Positions 1 through 12,325 are shown, counted from the stretch's first letter. The stretch is DNA of 64,000 bases from Solirubrobacteraceae bacterium (GCA_051955355.1 JBQCGU010000072.1:170-64169), one strand, 5' to 3'. The notes: generated from the sequence alone by a model not told the origin. Numbers and translations are program-made.

Positions 1-240
1 CGGTGCCAGCGACAGCTCGGGATCGGGCTTGCCCTTCGGACGGCCGAGATGCGAGACGAGGATCAGCCGCGCTCCCTTGGAACGCAGCTCTTCGATCGTC
101 GGCAGCGCAGAGACGATGCGGGTGTCGTCCGCCACCACTCGGCTTCCCTGCCTACCGGTGGCGAGCGGCACGTTGAAGTCCACGCGCACGAGCACGCGCC
201 TGCCGCTCACTTCGAGCCCGTCGAGGGTCTTCATCGCCAT
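1..240 (-). CDS. pgk: Phosphoglycerate kinase, N-terminal part (runs off window edge)
   Basis: Manual translation [26 protein letters not shown]...DDTRI...SHLGRP, typical PGK N-terminus; follows gap. Confidence 0.95.
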   Translation of the reverse strand, partial: MAMKTLDGLEVSGRRVLVRVDFNVPLATGRQGSRVVADDTRIVSALPTIEELRSKGARLILVSHLGRPKGKPDPELSLAP

Positions 241-277
241 GCTGCGCCCTCGTCCCGCAGGGCCGTCGCCGCAGCGC

Positions 278-1291
<1,014 letters not shown>

Positions 1292-1454
1292 TCAGAGCCT
1301 CCTGTGCAAGAGATGAACAAGGCCGGGCGCAAGCTGTGAGGCCCGGCGTGCGCCGGGAAGGCTAGCAGTGGGCGTCCAGCACGCTCTGGACGGTCGCAGC
1401 CCGGCGCCGCATCGCCGCCGGCGCACGCCGCGAGCGGACGTCGCCCGTGCGCGC

Positions 1455-2393
1455 TCAGGCGTCGCGAGGACGCTTGTCGATATCGCGATGAGTGACGGCG
1501 ACGATCAACTCGTCGCGATCCCCGTAGCGTTTGGCGAGCTGCTCGGCGATCGCCACCGAGCGATGGCGCCCGCCGGTGCACCCGATCGCGATCACCAGGT
1601 GCGACTTGCCCTCCGCCACGTACTGGGGCAGCAGGAAGTCGAGCAGCGAGTGCAGGCGCTCGTAGAACTGCTCCAGGCGCCCGTCCCCCGCCATGTATCG
1701 CACGACGCGCTCGTCATGGCCGGTCAGCTCTCGCAGGCTCGGCTCGTAGTGCGGGTTGGGCAGGAAGCGCACGTCGAATGCGAGGTCCTCGTCGCGCGGC
1801 GGGCCGTGCTTGAAGCCGAAGCTCATGAACGTCAGCGCCAACCGGCCTGTTTGCTGGCGCGGCAGCAGTTCGTCGGCGATCCGCCTACGCAGCGCCGAGG
1901 GCGACATCGCCGAGGTGTCGATCACGATGTCCGCACGCTCGCGCAGCGCCCGCAACAGATCTCGCTCGGAGGCGATGCCGCCGGCGACGTTGCCCTCGCT
2001 CGCCACCGGGTGGCGCCGCCGGGTCTCCTTGTAGCGCGTCACCAGCGCCTGTTCGGAGGCGTCGAGGAACAGCACGCGATGGGCGATATCCAGCGAGCGC
2101 AGCTCGTCGACCACCTCACGCAGCGCCTCGAAGTAGACGCCACCGCGAACGTCGGAGACAACCGCCGCGCGTTCGACCTTCGAACCGGGGTGCATGAACA
2201 GCTCGACGAGCGAGCGGATCATCTCGGGCGGCAGGTTGTCCACGCAGAAGTAGCCCGCGTCCTCGAACACGTTCATCGCGGTGGACTTGCCTGCACCGGA
2301 AAAACCCGTGATCACAACGAGGTCGCGCAGGCTCGACCGCATCCTCCGATCCTCGGAGGATCGCAATGAGCGAAGCGGACGGAAGACAGCCAT
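1455..2393 (-). CDS. rapZ: RNase adapter RapZ (YvcJ P-loop protein)
   Basis: ITGFSGAGKS, CVDNLPP, SFGFKHG, FDVRFLPNP, GCTGGRHRSV; start uncertain (2393 or 2342). Confidence 0.95.
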   Translation of the reverse strand: MAVFRPLRSLRSSEDRRMRSSLRDLVVITGFSGAGKSTAMNVFEDAGYFCVDNLPPEMIRSLVELFMHPGSKVERAAVVSDVRGGVYFEALREVVDELRSLDIAHRVLFLDASEQALVTRYKETRRRHPVASEGNVAGGIASERDLLRALRERADIVIDTSAMSPSALRRRIADELLPRQQTGRLALTFMSFGFKHGPPRDEDLAFDVRFLPNPHYEPSLRELTGHDERVVRYMAGDGRLEQFYERLHSLLDFLLPQYVAEGKSHLVIAIGCTGGRHRSVAIAEQLAKRYGDRDELIVAVTHRDIDKRPRDA

Positions 2394-2454
2394 GCCGCTC
2401 CATTGTGCCGCGCTATGCGGACACGCGCGCCAGCCGCTGTGCGACGCACCCGCG

Positions 2455-4311
2455 TCAGCCCGCGCGGTGCAGGAGCGCATGCACGTCGCGCGCCACCTTG
2501 GCGGGCAGCCCGGGCACCGCCTGAAGCTCCTCGCGCGAGGCCGCCAGGATGGCGTCGGGCGAGCCGAAGTGAGCGATCAACGCGCGCTTGCGCGCCGGGC
2601 CGATGCCCGGCAGCTCGTCGAGCACCGAGCGGGTCATCGCGCGGTCGCGGCGTGTGCGGTGGTGGGTGAGGGCGAAGCGGTGAGCCTCGTCGCGGACGCG
2701 TTGCAGCAACTGAAGCTCCGCGGTGGAGTGGTCGAGCAGCAGCGGCGTGCGTCGGCCTGGGACGAACACCTCCTCGATGCGCTTGGCGAGCGACACCACC
2801 GTCACGCCGCGCTCGCGAAAGCCGCGCAGCGGCTCCATGCCTGCGGCGAGCTGGCCCTTGCCGCCGTCGATCACGACGAGGTTGGGCAGCGCAGCGAAGC
2901 TCGGGTCGTGCGAAGGGTCGTGCGGGGAGATGTCGAGCTGGCGCTCCCATTGCGCATAGCGGCGCGAGAGCACCTCCGCCATCGAGGCGTAGTCGTCCGG
3001 GCCTTCGACGCTGCGGATCTTGAAGCGGCGGTAGTCGGATTTCTTGGGCGCGCCGCCCTCAAACACCACCATCGATGCGACCGTGTGGGTGCCACCGAGG
3101 TTGGAGATGTCAAAGCACTCGATCCGCACAGGCACGGTGTCCAAGCCGAGTGCTGCCTGCAGGCCGTCGAGCGCCTGTGCGCGGTGCTGGTGGCGGCGCT
3201 CCTCGCGCAGCCGCTCACTCTGGAGCGCCAGGCGCGCGTTGCGATAGGCGAGCTCGAGGATGCGCTGCTTGTCGCCGCGCTCGGCAGCGTGCAGCCTCAC
3301 AGGGCCGCCGCGCCGTCGTGAGAGTGCCTCGGCGAGCGCCGGACGCTGGGCAAGCTCGCCCTGGACGACGATCAGCGCCGGGATCGACGTCGGTCCGCCG
3401 TAGTACTGGAGCATGAACTCTTCGCCCACCTCGCCTACGTCGCGCTCGGTCTCGTTGGAGAGGTAGAAGGACTGGCGGTCGGAGAGCACGCCGTCGCGCA
3501 CCTGGAACACCTGGGCATTGGCGTCGGTGTCGTGCAGGGCGATAGCCACTGCGTCGAGCGTTCCCACCGACTCGTTGGCAACGCGCTGGCGCTCCATCAG
3601 CGAACGCACGGAGCGCCACCGGTTGCGCTCCAGCGTCGCCTGCTCGAACTCGAGCTCGGCGGCGGCTGCCTCCATGCGCTCCTGCAACTGGTGCTCGATC
3701 GCGCGGAAGCGCCCCGACAGGAAGTCGACGACGCCGTCGATACTGCGCCGGTACTGCTCCTTGGAGACGTAGCCGACGCACGGAGCCTCACAGCGCTTTA
3801 TGTAGTAGTCCAGGCACGGACTGCCGCTGCGCCGTCCCGGCTCGACGCCGGTGCACGAGCGATACATGAACACCTTGGCGAGCACGTCAAGTGTGGAGCG
3901 CACCCGCTTGGCGCTCGAATATGGGCCGAAGTACAGGCGCCCGGCGCGGTGCTTCTCACGGGTGAAGTACACGCGCGGGAAATCCTCGTCCATCGAGATG
4001 CCGACGAACGGATAGGACTTGTCGTCGCGCAGGCGGATGTTGAAGCGCGGGCGGTACTGCTTGATGAAGCTCTGCTCCGCCAGCAGCGCCTCGGCCTCAG
4101 ATGCCACGACGACGCACTCGATGTGATCGGTGGCGGCCACCATCTCGGCGTGCCCCGGGCTGCTCGGCACCTGAGCCTTGGAGAAGTGCGAAGCCACGCG
4201 CTTGCGCACGGACTTGGCCTTGCCTACGTAGATGACCCTTCCGGAGCGATCGCGGAAGAGGTAGACGCCCGGTTGGTCGGGGAGCTGGCGGCGCTGCTCG
4301 GCGAGGCTCAA
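2455..4311 (-). CDS. uvrC: Excinuclease ABC subunit C
   Basis: LPDQPGVYLF..IYVGKAKS (GIY-YIG), RIECFDISN, IDGGKGQL, RVRDEAHRFA, C-terminal HhH. Confidence 0.97.
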   Translation of the reverse strand: MSLAEQRRQLPDQPGVYLFRDRSGRVIYVGKAKSVRKRVASHFSKAQVPSSPGHAEMVAATDHIECVVVASEAEALLAEQSFIKQYRPRFNIRLRDDKSYPFVGISMDEDFPRVYFTREKHRAGRLYFGPYSSAKRVRSTLDVLAKVFMYRSCTGVEPGRRSGSPCLDYYIKRCEAPCVGYVSKEQYRRSIDGVVDFLSGRFRAIEHQLQERMEAAAAELEFEQATLERNRWRSVRSLMERQRVANESVGTLDAVAIALHDTDANAQVFQVRDGVLSDRQSFYLSNETERDVGEVGEEFMLQYYGGPTSIPALIVVQGELAQRPALAEALSRRRGGPVRLHAAERGDKQRILELAYRNARLALQSERLREERRHQHRAQALDGLQAALGLDTVPVRIECFDISNLGGTHTVASMVVFEGGAPKKSDYRRFKIRSVEGPDDYASMAEVLSRRYAQWERQLDISPHDPSHDPSFAALPNLVVIDGGKGQLAAGMEPLRGFRERGVTVVSLAKRIEEVFVPGRRTPLLLDHSTAELQLLQRVRDEAHRFALTHHRTRRDRAMTRSVLDELPGIGPARKRALIAHFGSPDAILAASREELQAVPGLPAKVARDVHALLHRAG

Positions 4312-4330
4312 GAGACGCTGCTCGGGAGGC

Positions 4331-4690
4331 TCAATAAGTGCGCGAGAAGCGGTAGACCACGACCAGCGCCCACACGGCGGCGGCGAGCATCACGAACCAG
4401 AGCAGCTCGCCGAGCCCGGTTTCCCACATGCGCGGCTGCGCGGCCGCGGTGAAGAAGCCGAGCGCGAGTCCGCCATAGAGCAGCGCACGGTGGCGCTGGC
4501 CGAGGCTGTAGAGGCTGAGCCGGCGTTCGCGGTAGGTCCGGTAGCCGAAGTAGCCGAAGCCCGCGCCGAACACCACCCACAGGGCAGCTGCGAACGCTTC
4601 CGCCACCTGCCCTCCCCCGGGCAGGAACTGCACCGCCGCCGCAATGGCGGCAATGATGGCGATGTTGCGTACGGTGCGCCAGTGCTCCAT
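4331..4690 (-). CDS. Small multi-pass membrane protein of unknown function
   Basis: 119 aa with about four hydrophobic segments; TAGAAT 8 nt before ATG; heads the uvrC-rapZ run. Confidence 0.75.
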   Translation of the reverse strand: MEHWRTVRNIAIIAAIAAAVQFLPGGGQVAEAFAAALWVVFGAGFGYFGYRTYRERRLSLYSLGQRHRALLYGGLALGFFTAAAQPRMWETGLGELLWFVMLAAAVWALVVVYRFSRTY

Positions 4691-4782
4691 GACACTCGAT
4701 TCTAGGCCGCGCGGGCCCTTTGAGCCGCCGCACGACGTGTCCGGCGTTTGCGGAAATGTTTACTCGAAAGTCGAGATTTCTT

Positions 4783-4812
4783 TTCACATGAGCAACCATG
4801 ACTCGCTATACT
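4783..4812 (+). promoter_or_regulatory. Sigma70-type promoter TTCACA-N18-TATACT
   Basis: TTCACA at 4783-4788 and TATACT at 4807-4812 in an intergenic gap with no credible + strand CDS downstream. Confidence 0.55.
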
Positions 4813-4816
4813 CGGC

Positions 4817-4915
4817 GTTGCCCGTTCGACTCCTAACGGGGTCGACTGAGGGTTGGTTGGCAGCCGTCGGGGTACTCGTCACTCAGGTCAGAGAGCCCTG
4901 GCGGCTGTTTTATTT
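4817..4915 (+). ncRNA. Candidate ~100-nt small RNA with intrinsic terminator
   Basis: Promoter upstream; 12-bp stem 4861-4872/4896-4907 (two G-U pairs on +) followed by TTTTATTT 4908-4915; alternative 5' hairpins. Confidence 0.5.
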
Positions 4916-4969
4916 AACGAACGCCACCTCCCTCCTCGACGCAGCCCTCGCAAGCACCTCGGCGCCGAC

Positions 4970-6907
4970 TCAATCGACCAGCGCCGTGAGGCGCTCATAC
5001 GCCGCATCTACCGCCCGCTTGGCGGCTGTGTGACGCGCTTCTGACTTGGCAGCCTCGTACTTGGTGGCCCAGGCAGCCGGATCGGCAAGCTCGTCCTCGA
5101 GCGCTTGCAATGCCGCCTCGGCCTCTTCGACCGCCTTCTCCGCCTTGGCTTGCTCGCGCAGGCGGTTCTTGGAAGGCTCGGCGCGCTTGGGCTTGCCGTT
5201 CGATTCCCCGATTGGCGCGGGCGTCGTTTCGGGCAGCGGCTTGGGAGCTGGGGCACGCGTGCCGGCTCCCGCTGGCGCCTGTCCCTCGGCGCGGCGCTCT
5301 TCGCGCACGCGCACGTACTCCGGCCAGCCACCGACGTAGCTGCGCAGCGAGCGGTCCTCGACAGCGATCGTGCGACTGCCAACCGCGTCGAGCAGGGCAC
5401 GGTCGTGGGAAACGAGCAGCAGCGCGCCTTCAAACGAGCAGAGCGCATCCTCGAGCGCCTCGCGGCTCTCCAGGTCGAGATGGTTGGTGGGCTCGTCGAG
5501 GATCAGCACGTTGGCGCCGGAGTGCACCAACACCGCCAGCGACAGGCGCCGGCGCTCGCCTCCGGAGAGCCCGTCGAGCGGCTTGTCGGCATCCTCGCCG
5601 GAGAAGAGGAAGGCGCCGAGCAGCGCGCGCGCCTTGTTCGGAGTCAGACCGGTGGCACGCTGAGCTGCGTCCACGACGCTCTGCCCCGGCGGCCCGCCCC
5701 GCCCGAGCTCCTCGGCGTGCTGGGAGAGGTAGCCGACCTTCACGTTGTGGCCGGTGCTCAGCTTGCCGCCCGCGAGCGAGCGGCGTCCGGCGAGCGTCTC
5801 GATCAGCGTCGTCTTGCCCGTCCCGTTCGGGCCGACGAGCGAGACGTGCTCGCCGCGCTCCAGCCACAGCTCTGCCTGCTCCAGCAGCGTGACCGGCGGA
5901 TCGCCGATCTGCACCAGACCGTCGCTCAGCTCGAAGATCACCCTGCCTGAGCGCTCGGGGGCCTTGAACGAGAACTCCAGCGCCGTACGGTCGCGCGGGT
6001 CGCGCTCGATGCGCTCGATCTTGGAGAGCTTCTTCAGCCGCGACTGCGCCTGGCGGGCCTTGGTGGCCTTGTAGCGAAAGCGCTCGATGAAGCGCTCCAT
6101 GCGCGCGATCTCCGTCTGCTGCTTGTCGATCGCCCGGCCAAGCGCCAGCTCCCGCGCGGCTTGCTCGCGCCGCCAGCTGTGCCAGCTGCCCGCGAAGAAG
6201 CGCGAGCGGCCGGCCTCGATCTCGAGCACCGCGGTGCCGACAGCCTCCAGAAACCAGCGGTCGTGCGCGACGAGCATCACGGCTGCATCCAGTGCTGTGA
6301 GCGTCTGCTCGAGCCACTCCAGCGACTCGATGTCGAGATGGTTGGTGGGCTCGTCGAGCAACAGCACCTCTGCTCCCGTCGCCAGCGCCCGCGCCAGCGA
6401 AGCACGCGTGAGCTGGCCGCCCGAGAACGTGTCGAGGTTGCGCTCCAGGTCGGCCTCCCCAAAGCCCAAGCCGCGCGTCATGATCGTGGCGCGATCGCGC
6501 CACAGGGAGCCGCCGCGCGCCTCCAGGCGGGCTTGCGCGGCGGCGTAGCGGTTCAGCGTGGCCTCGTCGGTGGCGCCCTCCCCCATGCGCCCCTCCAGCT
6601 CAGCCAGCTCGGCCTCGACCGCAAGCTCCTCGGCGCAGCCGGAGAGCACGTAGTCGCGCAGATTCAGCGCCCGCTCGCGCGGCGGGCGCTGGTCGTGAAG
6701 AGCTATGCGCACGCCCTTGGACACGCTCAGCTCTCCCTTCTCGATCGACTCCTCTCCGGCGAGCATGCGCAGCAGCGTGGTCTTGCCCGCGCCGTTGCGC
6801 CCGGCGATGGTCAGCCGTTCGCCGCGCTCGAGCTTGAACGAGACGCCGCTCAGGAGCGGCTTGCCGGCCATGTCTTTGTGCAGATTGGAGGCGATCAGGA
6901 GAGCCAC
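4970..6907 (-). CDS. ABC-F family ATP-binding protein (ribosome-associated, Uup/YheS-like)
   Basis: Two ABC cassettes (GRNGAGKTT/FSGGQ/LLLDEPTNHLD; GPNGTGKTT/LSGGE), linker, C-terminal coiled coil, no TM; GTG start 6 nt after TACCAT. Confidence 0.92.
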   Translation of the reverse strand: MALLIASNLHKDMAGKPLLSGVSFKLERGERLTIAGRNGAGKTTLLRMLAGEESIEKGELSVSKGVRIALHDQRPPRERALNLRDYVLSGCAEELAVEAELAELEGRMGEGATDEATLNRYAAAQARLEARGGSLWRDRATIMTRGLGFGEADLERNLDTFSGGQLTRASLARALATGAEVLLLDEPTNHLDIESLEWLEQTLTALDAAVMLVAHDRWFLEAVGTAVLEIEAGRSRFFAGSWHSWRREQAARELALGRAIDKQQTEIARMERFIERFRYKATKARQAQSRLKKLSKIERIERDPRDRTALEFSFKAPERSGRVIFELSDGLVQIGDPPVTLLEQAELWLERGEHVSLVGPNGTGKTTLIETLAGRRSLAGGKLSTGHNVKVGYLSQHAEELGRGGPPGQSVVDAAQRATGLTPNKARALLGAFLFSGEDADKPLDGLSGGERRRLSLAVLVHSGANVLILDEPTNHLDLESREALEDALCSFEGALLLVSHDRALLDAVGSRTIAVEDRSLRSYVGGWPEYVRVREERRAEGQAPAGAGTRAPAPKPLPETTPAPIGESNGKPKRAEPSKNRLREQAKAEKAVEEAEAALQALEDELADPAAWATKYEAAKSEARHTAAKRAVDAAYERLTALVD

Positions 6908-6946
6908 GCGAGGATGGTAGGCGCTGATGTAGGATTCGCGCAGCCG

Positions 6947-7216
6947 ATGCGCCGCCTTGCCACAAGCCTGTCGATCGCCCTCCTGCTGCTCGCCCTGAGC
7001 GCGCCGGCTGCCCTGGCGTACAACGACGGGCGCGGCTTCTACGGAGCCACCAACGACAAGGTGGTCACCAACGCGGGCTTCATCCTGATCGTCTTCTTCC
7101 CGTTGTTCGCGCTCGTGATGAGCCTGATCCAGTGGCGACTGGACAAGCGCAAAGAGGCGCGCAAAGCCGCACAGAAAGCGCACGCGATCGACGCGCGCTG
7201 GCGCGGCGGCTGGTAG
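6947..7216 (+). CDS. Small exported/membrane protein (signal peptide, one TM, basic tail ending WRGGW)
   Basis: 89 aa MRRLATSLSIALLLLALSAPAALA-YNDGRGFYG...; fills gap between ABC-F and crotonase. Confidence 0.7.
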   Translation: MRRLATSLSIALLLLALSAPAALAYNDGRGFYGATNDKVVTNAGFILIVFFPLFALVMSLIQWRLDKRKEARKAAQKAHAIDARWRGGW

Positions 7217-7249
7217 GCACGAGCGCTCAGGCCAAGAGCGGACGCTGAG

Positions 7250-8035
7250 TTGCCAGACCCGGCCCAGTCGTCCGCCCTGGTCCGCTACGAGCGCCGCGGC
7301 GCAGCCGCGCTGGTGACGATCGACCGCGAGCAGCGGCGCAACGCCGTCGACGGCCCCACGGCGGCGGCGCTGCACGACGCGTTCGAGCGCTTCGAGACCG
7401 AAGAGGACGCGAGCGCGATGGTGCTCACGGGCGCCGGCGAGCTGGCGTTCTGCGCTGGCGCAGACCTGAAGTCGATCGACACGTTCGCCGACCGCCTGCA
7501 AGCACCCGAAGGCCCGATGGGCTTCACCCGCCTGACGGCGTCCAAGCCGACGATCGCCGCCATCTCCGGCTACGCCCTGGCGGGCGGGTTGGAGCTTGCG
7601 CTGTGGTGCGATCTGCGCATAGCCACCGAGAGCGCCACGCTCGGCTTCCCGGAGCGGCGCTGGGGAGTGCCGCTGATCGACGGCGGCACGCAGAGGCTGC
7701 CGCGGGTGGTCGGCCTGGGACGGGCGCTCGACCTGATCCTCACCGGCCGCCTGGTGAGCGCGGCGGAGGCGCTCGCCATGGGGCTGGTGACCGAGGTGGT
7801 GGCGGACGGCGCGCATCTCGATCGGGCGCTCGCGCTGGCGGAGGGCTTGGCGCGCTTTCCCCAGCAGACGATGCTTGCCGACCGGCGTGCGGCGATCCTC
7901 GGGATGGGCATGAGCCTGCGCGACGGCTTGTCGCTGGAGGCACAGGCGGGTCCCGACACATACGCCCAGGCGGTGGCGGGCGCCGGGCGCTTCGTCGCCG
8001 GGGAGGGCCGCGGCGGCGAGGGCGCGGGCGCCTGA
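7250..8035 (+). CDS. Enoyl-CoA hydratase/isomerase (crotonase) family
   Basis: FCAGADL, AISGYALAGGLELALWCDLRIA, FPERRWGVPLIDGG. Confidence 0.93.
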   Translation: MPDPAQSSALVRYERRGAAALVTIDREQRRNAVDGPTAAALHDAFERFETEEDASAMVLTGAGELAFCAGADLKSIDTFADRLQAPEGPMGFTRLTASKPTIAAISGYALAGGLELALWCDLRIATESATLGFPERRWGVPLIDGGTQRLPRVVGLGRALDLILTGRLVSAAEALAMGLVTEVVADGAHLDRALALAEGLARFPQQTMLADRRAAILGMGMSLRDGLSLEAQAGPDTYAQAVAGAGRFVAGEGRGGEGAGA

Positions 8036-8075
8036 GCAGAGCTATGCTCGGGGTGACCGAGCCCCAGGAGACTCA

Positions 8076-10072
8076 ATGGCATATTTCGTAACAGGAGCCA
8101 CCGGCTTCATCGGACGCCACCTCGTCGAGCGTCTGTTGGAGCGCAAGGGCAAGATCCACGTGCTCGTGCGCTCGGACTCGCACGCGCGGCTGGATGAGCT
8201 GATCGAGCGCTGGGAGCACGCCGGCGACGCGTCGGCCGCCAAGCGCGTCCATCCTGTGATTGGAGACCTGCGCAAGCCGATGCTCGGGCTCGACGAGGAC
8301 CACGTTGCCGAGCTGGCGGGCTCGATCGAGCACTTCTTCCACCTGGCAGCCATATACGACATGACCGCGCCGCCAGAGCTCGACATGGCGGTGAACGTGG
8401 GCGGCACCACCCACGCCGTCGAACTGGCGGCGGCGCTCGGCGCCGGCCACTTCCACCACGTCTCCTCGATTGCGGTCGCCGGCACCTACAAAGGCGTGTT
8501 CAGCGAGGACAGCTTCGACGAGGGCCAGGCGCTGCCCTCGCCCTACCACGCCACCAAGTTCGAGTCCGAGCGGATCGTGCGCGAGCAGTCCTACGTGCCC
8601 TGGCGCGTGTACAGGCCGGCGATCGTGGTGGGCAACTCGCAGACAGGCGAGATGGACAAGGTGGATGGTCCGTACTACTTCTTCAAGGCGATCCAGCGGC
8701 TCAGGCATCTGGTGCCCGAGTGGATGCCGCTCGTCGGGGTGAACCTTGGCAAGACGAACATCGTCCCCGTCGACTGGGTGGCGGCGGCGCTCGACCGGAT
8801 CGCGCACGAGCCCGACCTCGATGGCCGCGCCTTCCACCTCACCTACCCGCGCTCGCAGCGCGTGGATGAGGTGGTGAACGACCTGGCAGCCGCCGCCCAT
8901 GCGCCACGCTTCGCATTGAGCGTCGACAAGCGCGTGCTCGACCTCGTCCCGACGCGTCCCCTCTCGGCGCTGATGCGCATGCCGCCGCTGCGCCAGGCCC
9001 AGCGGGTGACCATGCGCGAGCTGGGCGTGCCCGAGGAGGTGCTCGGCCACGTGGACCTGGTGCCGAGCTTCGACATGCACGAGACCCAGCGCGTGCTCGC
9101 CGGCACCGGCCTTGAGCGCCCGCCGGCGCTGCGCGAGTACGCGGTGCACCTGTGGGACTACTGGGAGCGCGAGATGGAGCCGGGCCTCAGCCGCAACCGC
9201 ACGCTCGGCGCGGCGATCTCCGGCAAGCGCGTGTTGATCACCGGCGCCTCCTCAGGCATCGGCAGGGCGGCTGCGCTGAAGGTGGCGGCGGCAGGCGCCG
9301 TGCCATTGCTCGTGGCGCGCAACGTCGAGAAGCTCGAGGAGCTGCGCGCGCAGATCGTTGCCGCCGGCGGCACCGCGTACGTGTATGCGGCGGACATCTC
9401 CGACATGGATGAGATCGACCGGCTGCTCGAGCGGGTGCAAGCCGACCACCGCACGGTGGACATGCTCGTCAACAACGCCGGCCGCTCGATCCGCCGCTCG
9501 ATCGCGCTGAGCTACAACCGCTTCCACGACTTCGAACGCACGATGCAGATCAACTACTTCGGCGCGGTGAAGCTGATCATCGGCCTGCTCCCGCAGATGC
9601 GCGCACGCGGGTTCGGCCACATCGTGAACGTGTCGACGATCGGCGTGCAAACCAACCCGCCGCGCTTCTCCGCCTACGTGGCGTCCAAGGCGGCGCTCGA
9701 CGCGGTCACCAAGGTGGTGGCGTCCGAGGTGATCGGCGACGGGGTGACGTTCACGACCATCCACATGCCGCTCGTGCGAACCCCGATGATCGCCCCCACG
9801 AAGATCTACGACGCCTTCCCGGCGATCACCCCCGAGGAGGCGGCGGACATGATCACCGAGGCGCTGCGCACCCGCCCGAAGCACATCGGCACTCCCCTGG
9901 GCACGTTCGGCGAGGTCGCCTACGCGCTGGCGCCGCGGGCGGTGGACCGGCTGCTGCACCTCGCCTACCGCGTGTTCCCCGACTCGGCGGCGGCACGCGG
10001 CGAGACCCACGAGGCGGATGAGCGAGTGTCGCTGGAGCAGGTGGCGCTCGCGAACCTCATGCGGGGAGTCCA

Positions 10073-10079
<7 letters not shown>
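8076..10079 (+). CDS. Two-domain SDR oxidoreductase, fatty acyl-CoA reductase-like (AcrA1 type)
   Basis: N-terminal extended SDR (TGATGFIG, YHATK) fused to classical SDR (TGASSGIG, NNAG, YVASK). Confidence 0.88.
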
Positions 10080-10913
<834 letters not shown>

Positions 10914-10921
<8 letters not shown>

Positions 10922-11663
10922 GGCGATCGCTCTCACCTGGCGCCAGTACCGCCTGGAGCGGCGCCTGTTCTGGCGCAATCCGAGCGCGGCGTTCTTCAAC
11001 TTCCTGATGCCGCTCATCTTCCTGGCGTTCTTCGGCGCGATCTTCCACAGCAACCACAAGGACCTGAACGTGATCGTGCCGGGCATCGCGGGGATGGCGG
11101 TGATGTCGACGACGTTCAGCGCGCTGTCGTACAACATCGTGTTCCTGCGCGAGCAGGGCATCCTCAAGCGCATCCGCGGCACTCCGCTGCCCACCACCTC
11201 CTACTTCGGCGGGGTGGCTGCCAATGCGGTCACGAACACCGCCCTTCAGATCGCGATCATCACAGTGGCGGGCAAGCTGTTCTTCGGCTTGCACTGGCCA
11301 CGCGACTGGGTCGAGCTGGTGGTGTTCGTGGTGGCGGGCGTCGTCTGCTTCGCCTCGCTCGGCGTGGCGTTCGCCCACGTGATCCCCAACTTCGAGTCGA
11401 CCGCCGCATACGTCAACGCGGTGTTCCTCCCGATCATCTTCATCTCGGGCGTGTTCTACGACGTCAATCACGTGCCAGCCTTCCTGCGCGACATCGCCGA
11501 GGCGCTGCCCCTGTCGCACCTGATCGACGGCCTGTCCGGCGCGATGGTGAACGGGAGCGGGCTCTCCAAACACGTGGACGCCCTGCTCGTGATCGCCCTG
11601 TGGGGCGCCTTCGGTCTGTTCTTCGCCGTGCGCGGCTTCTCCTGGGAGCAGAAGAAAGAGTGA
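10914..11663 (+). CDS. ABC-2 type permease
   Basis: Six TM segments, REQGILKRIRGTP motif, overlaps ATPase. Confidence 0.9.
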
Positions 11664-12325
11664 ACGAGCTGGCTCCCGACGTGTACATGCTGCGCGGGTT
11701 TCCGCCGAACGCGATCAACGTCTACCTCGTGGGGGACGTGCTCGTAGACGCCGCCACCCGCCAGGCCAAGCGGCGCATCTTCAGGCAGCTGAGCGGGCGC
11801 AAGCTCACAGCGCACGCCCTGACGCACGTCCACCCCGACCACCAGGGATCGAGCCACGCGGTGTGCGAGCGCTACGGCGTCCCGCTGTGGTGCGGCGAGC
11901 GCGACGTGCCCGCCATGGAGATCCCGGGCAAAGTCACCGGCCCGGAGGCGCCCCGCTGGCTCAAACGTGTTCAGGAGCGCTGGTGGGTGGGTCCGCCCCA
12001 TCGAGTGGACCGTGTGCTGCGCGAGGGTGACGAGGTGGCTGGGTTCACCGTGCTCGACACGCCCGGGCACACCCCCGGTCACATCTCCCTCTGGCGCGAA
12101 AGCGACCGCGTGCTGATCCTCGGCGACGTGCTCAACAACATGAACCTGCTCACCGCCGTCCCGGGGTTGCACGAGCCGCCGCCGATGTTCACACCCGACG
12201 TGGCGAGCAACCGCGCGTCGATAGGCAAGCTCGCGGAGCTGCGCCCGGCGCTTGCCTGCTTCGGCCACGGCCCGCCGCTGCGCGACCCGGGCAAGCTCGC
12301 CGACTTCGCCGCGCGACTGCCTTGA
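11660..12325 (+). CDS. Metallo-beta-lactamase fold hydrolase
   Basis: THVHPDHQG, TPGHTPGH, GDVL, FGHG; GTG overlaps permease stop. Confidence 0.9.
   Translation: MNELAPDVYMLRGFPPNAINVYLVGDVLVDAATRQAKRRIFRQLSGRKLTAHALTHVHPDHQGSSHAVCERYGVPLWCGERDVPAMEIPGKVTGPEAPRWLKRVQERWWVGPPHRVDRVLREGDEVAGFTVLDTPGHTPGHISLWRESDRVLILGDVLNNMNLLTAVPGLHEPPPMFTPDVASNRASIGKLAELRPALACFGHGPPLRDPGKLADFAARLP

Noticed and set aside
2341-2361. 9-bp hairpin near the rapZ start
   Set aside because: Lies in probable coding sequence; no evidence of function
4821-4840. GTTCGACTCC resembling a tRNA T-loop
   Set aside because: No T-stem pairing, cloverleaf or acceptor stem
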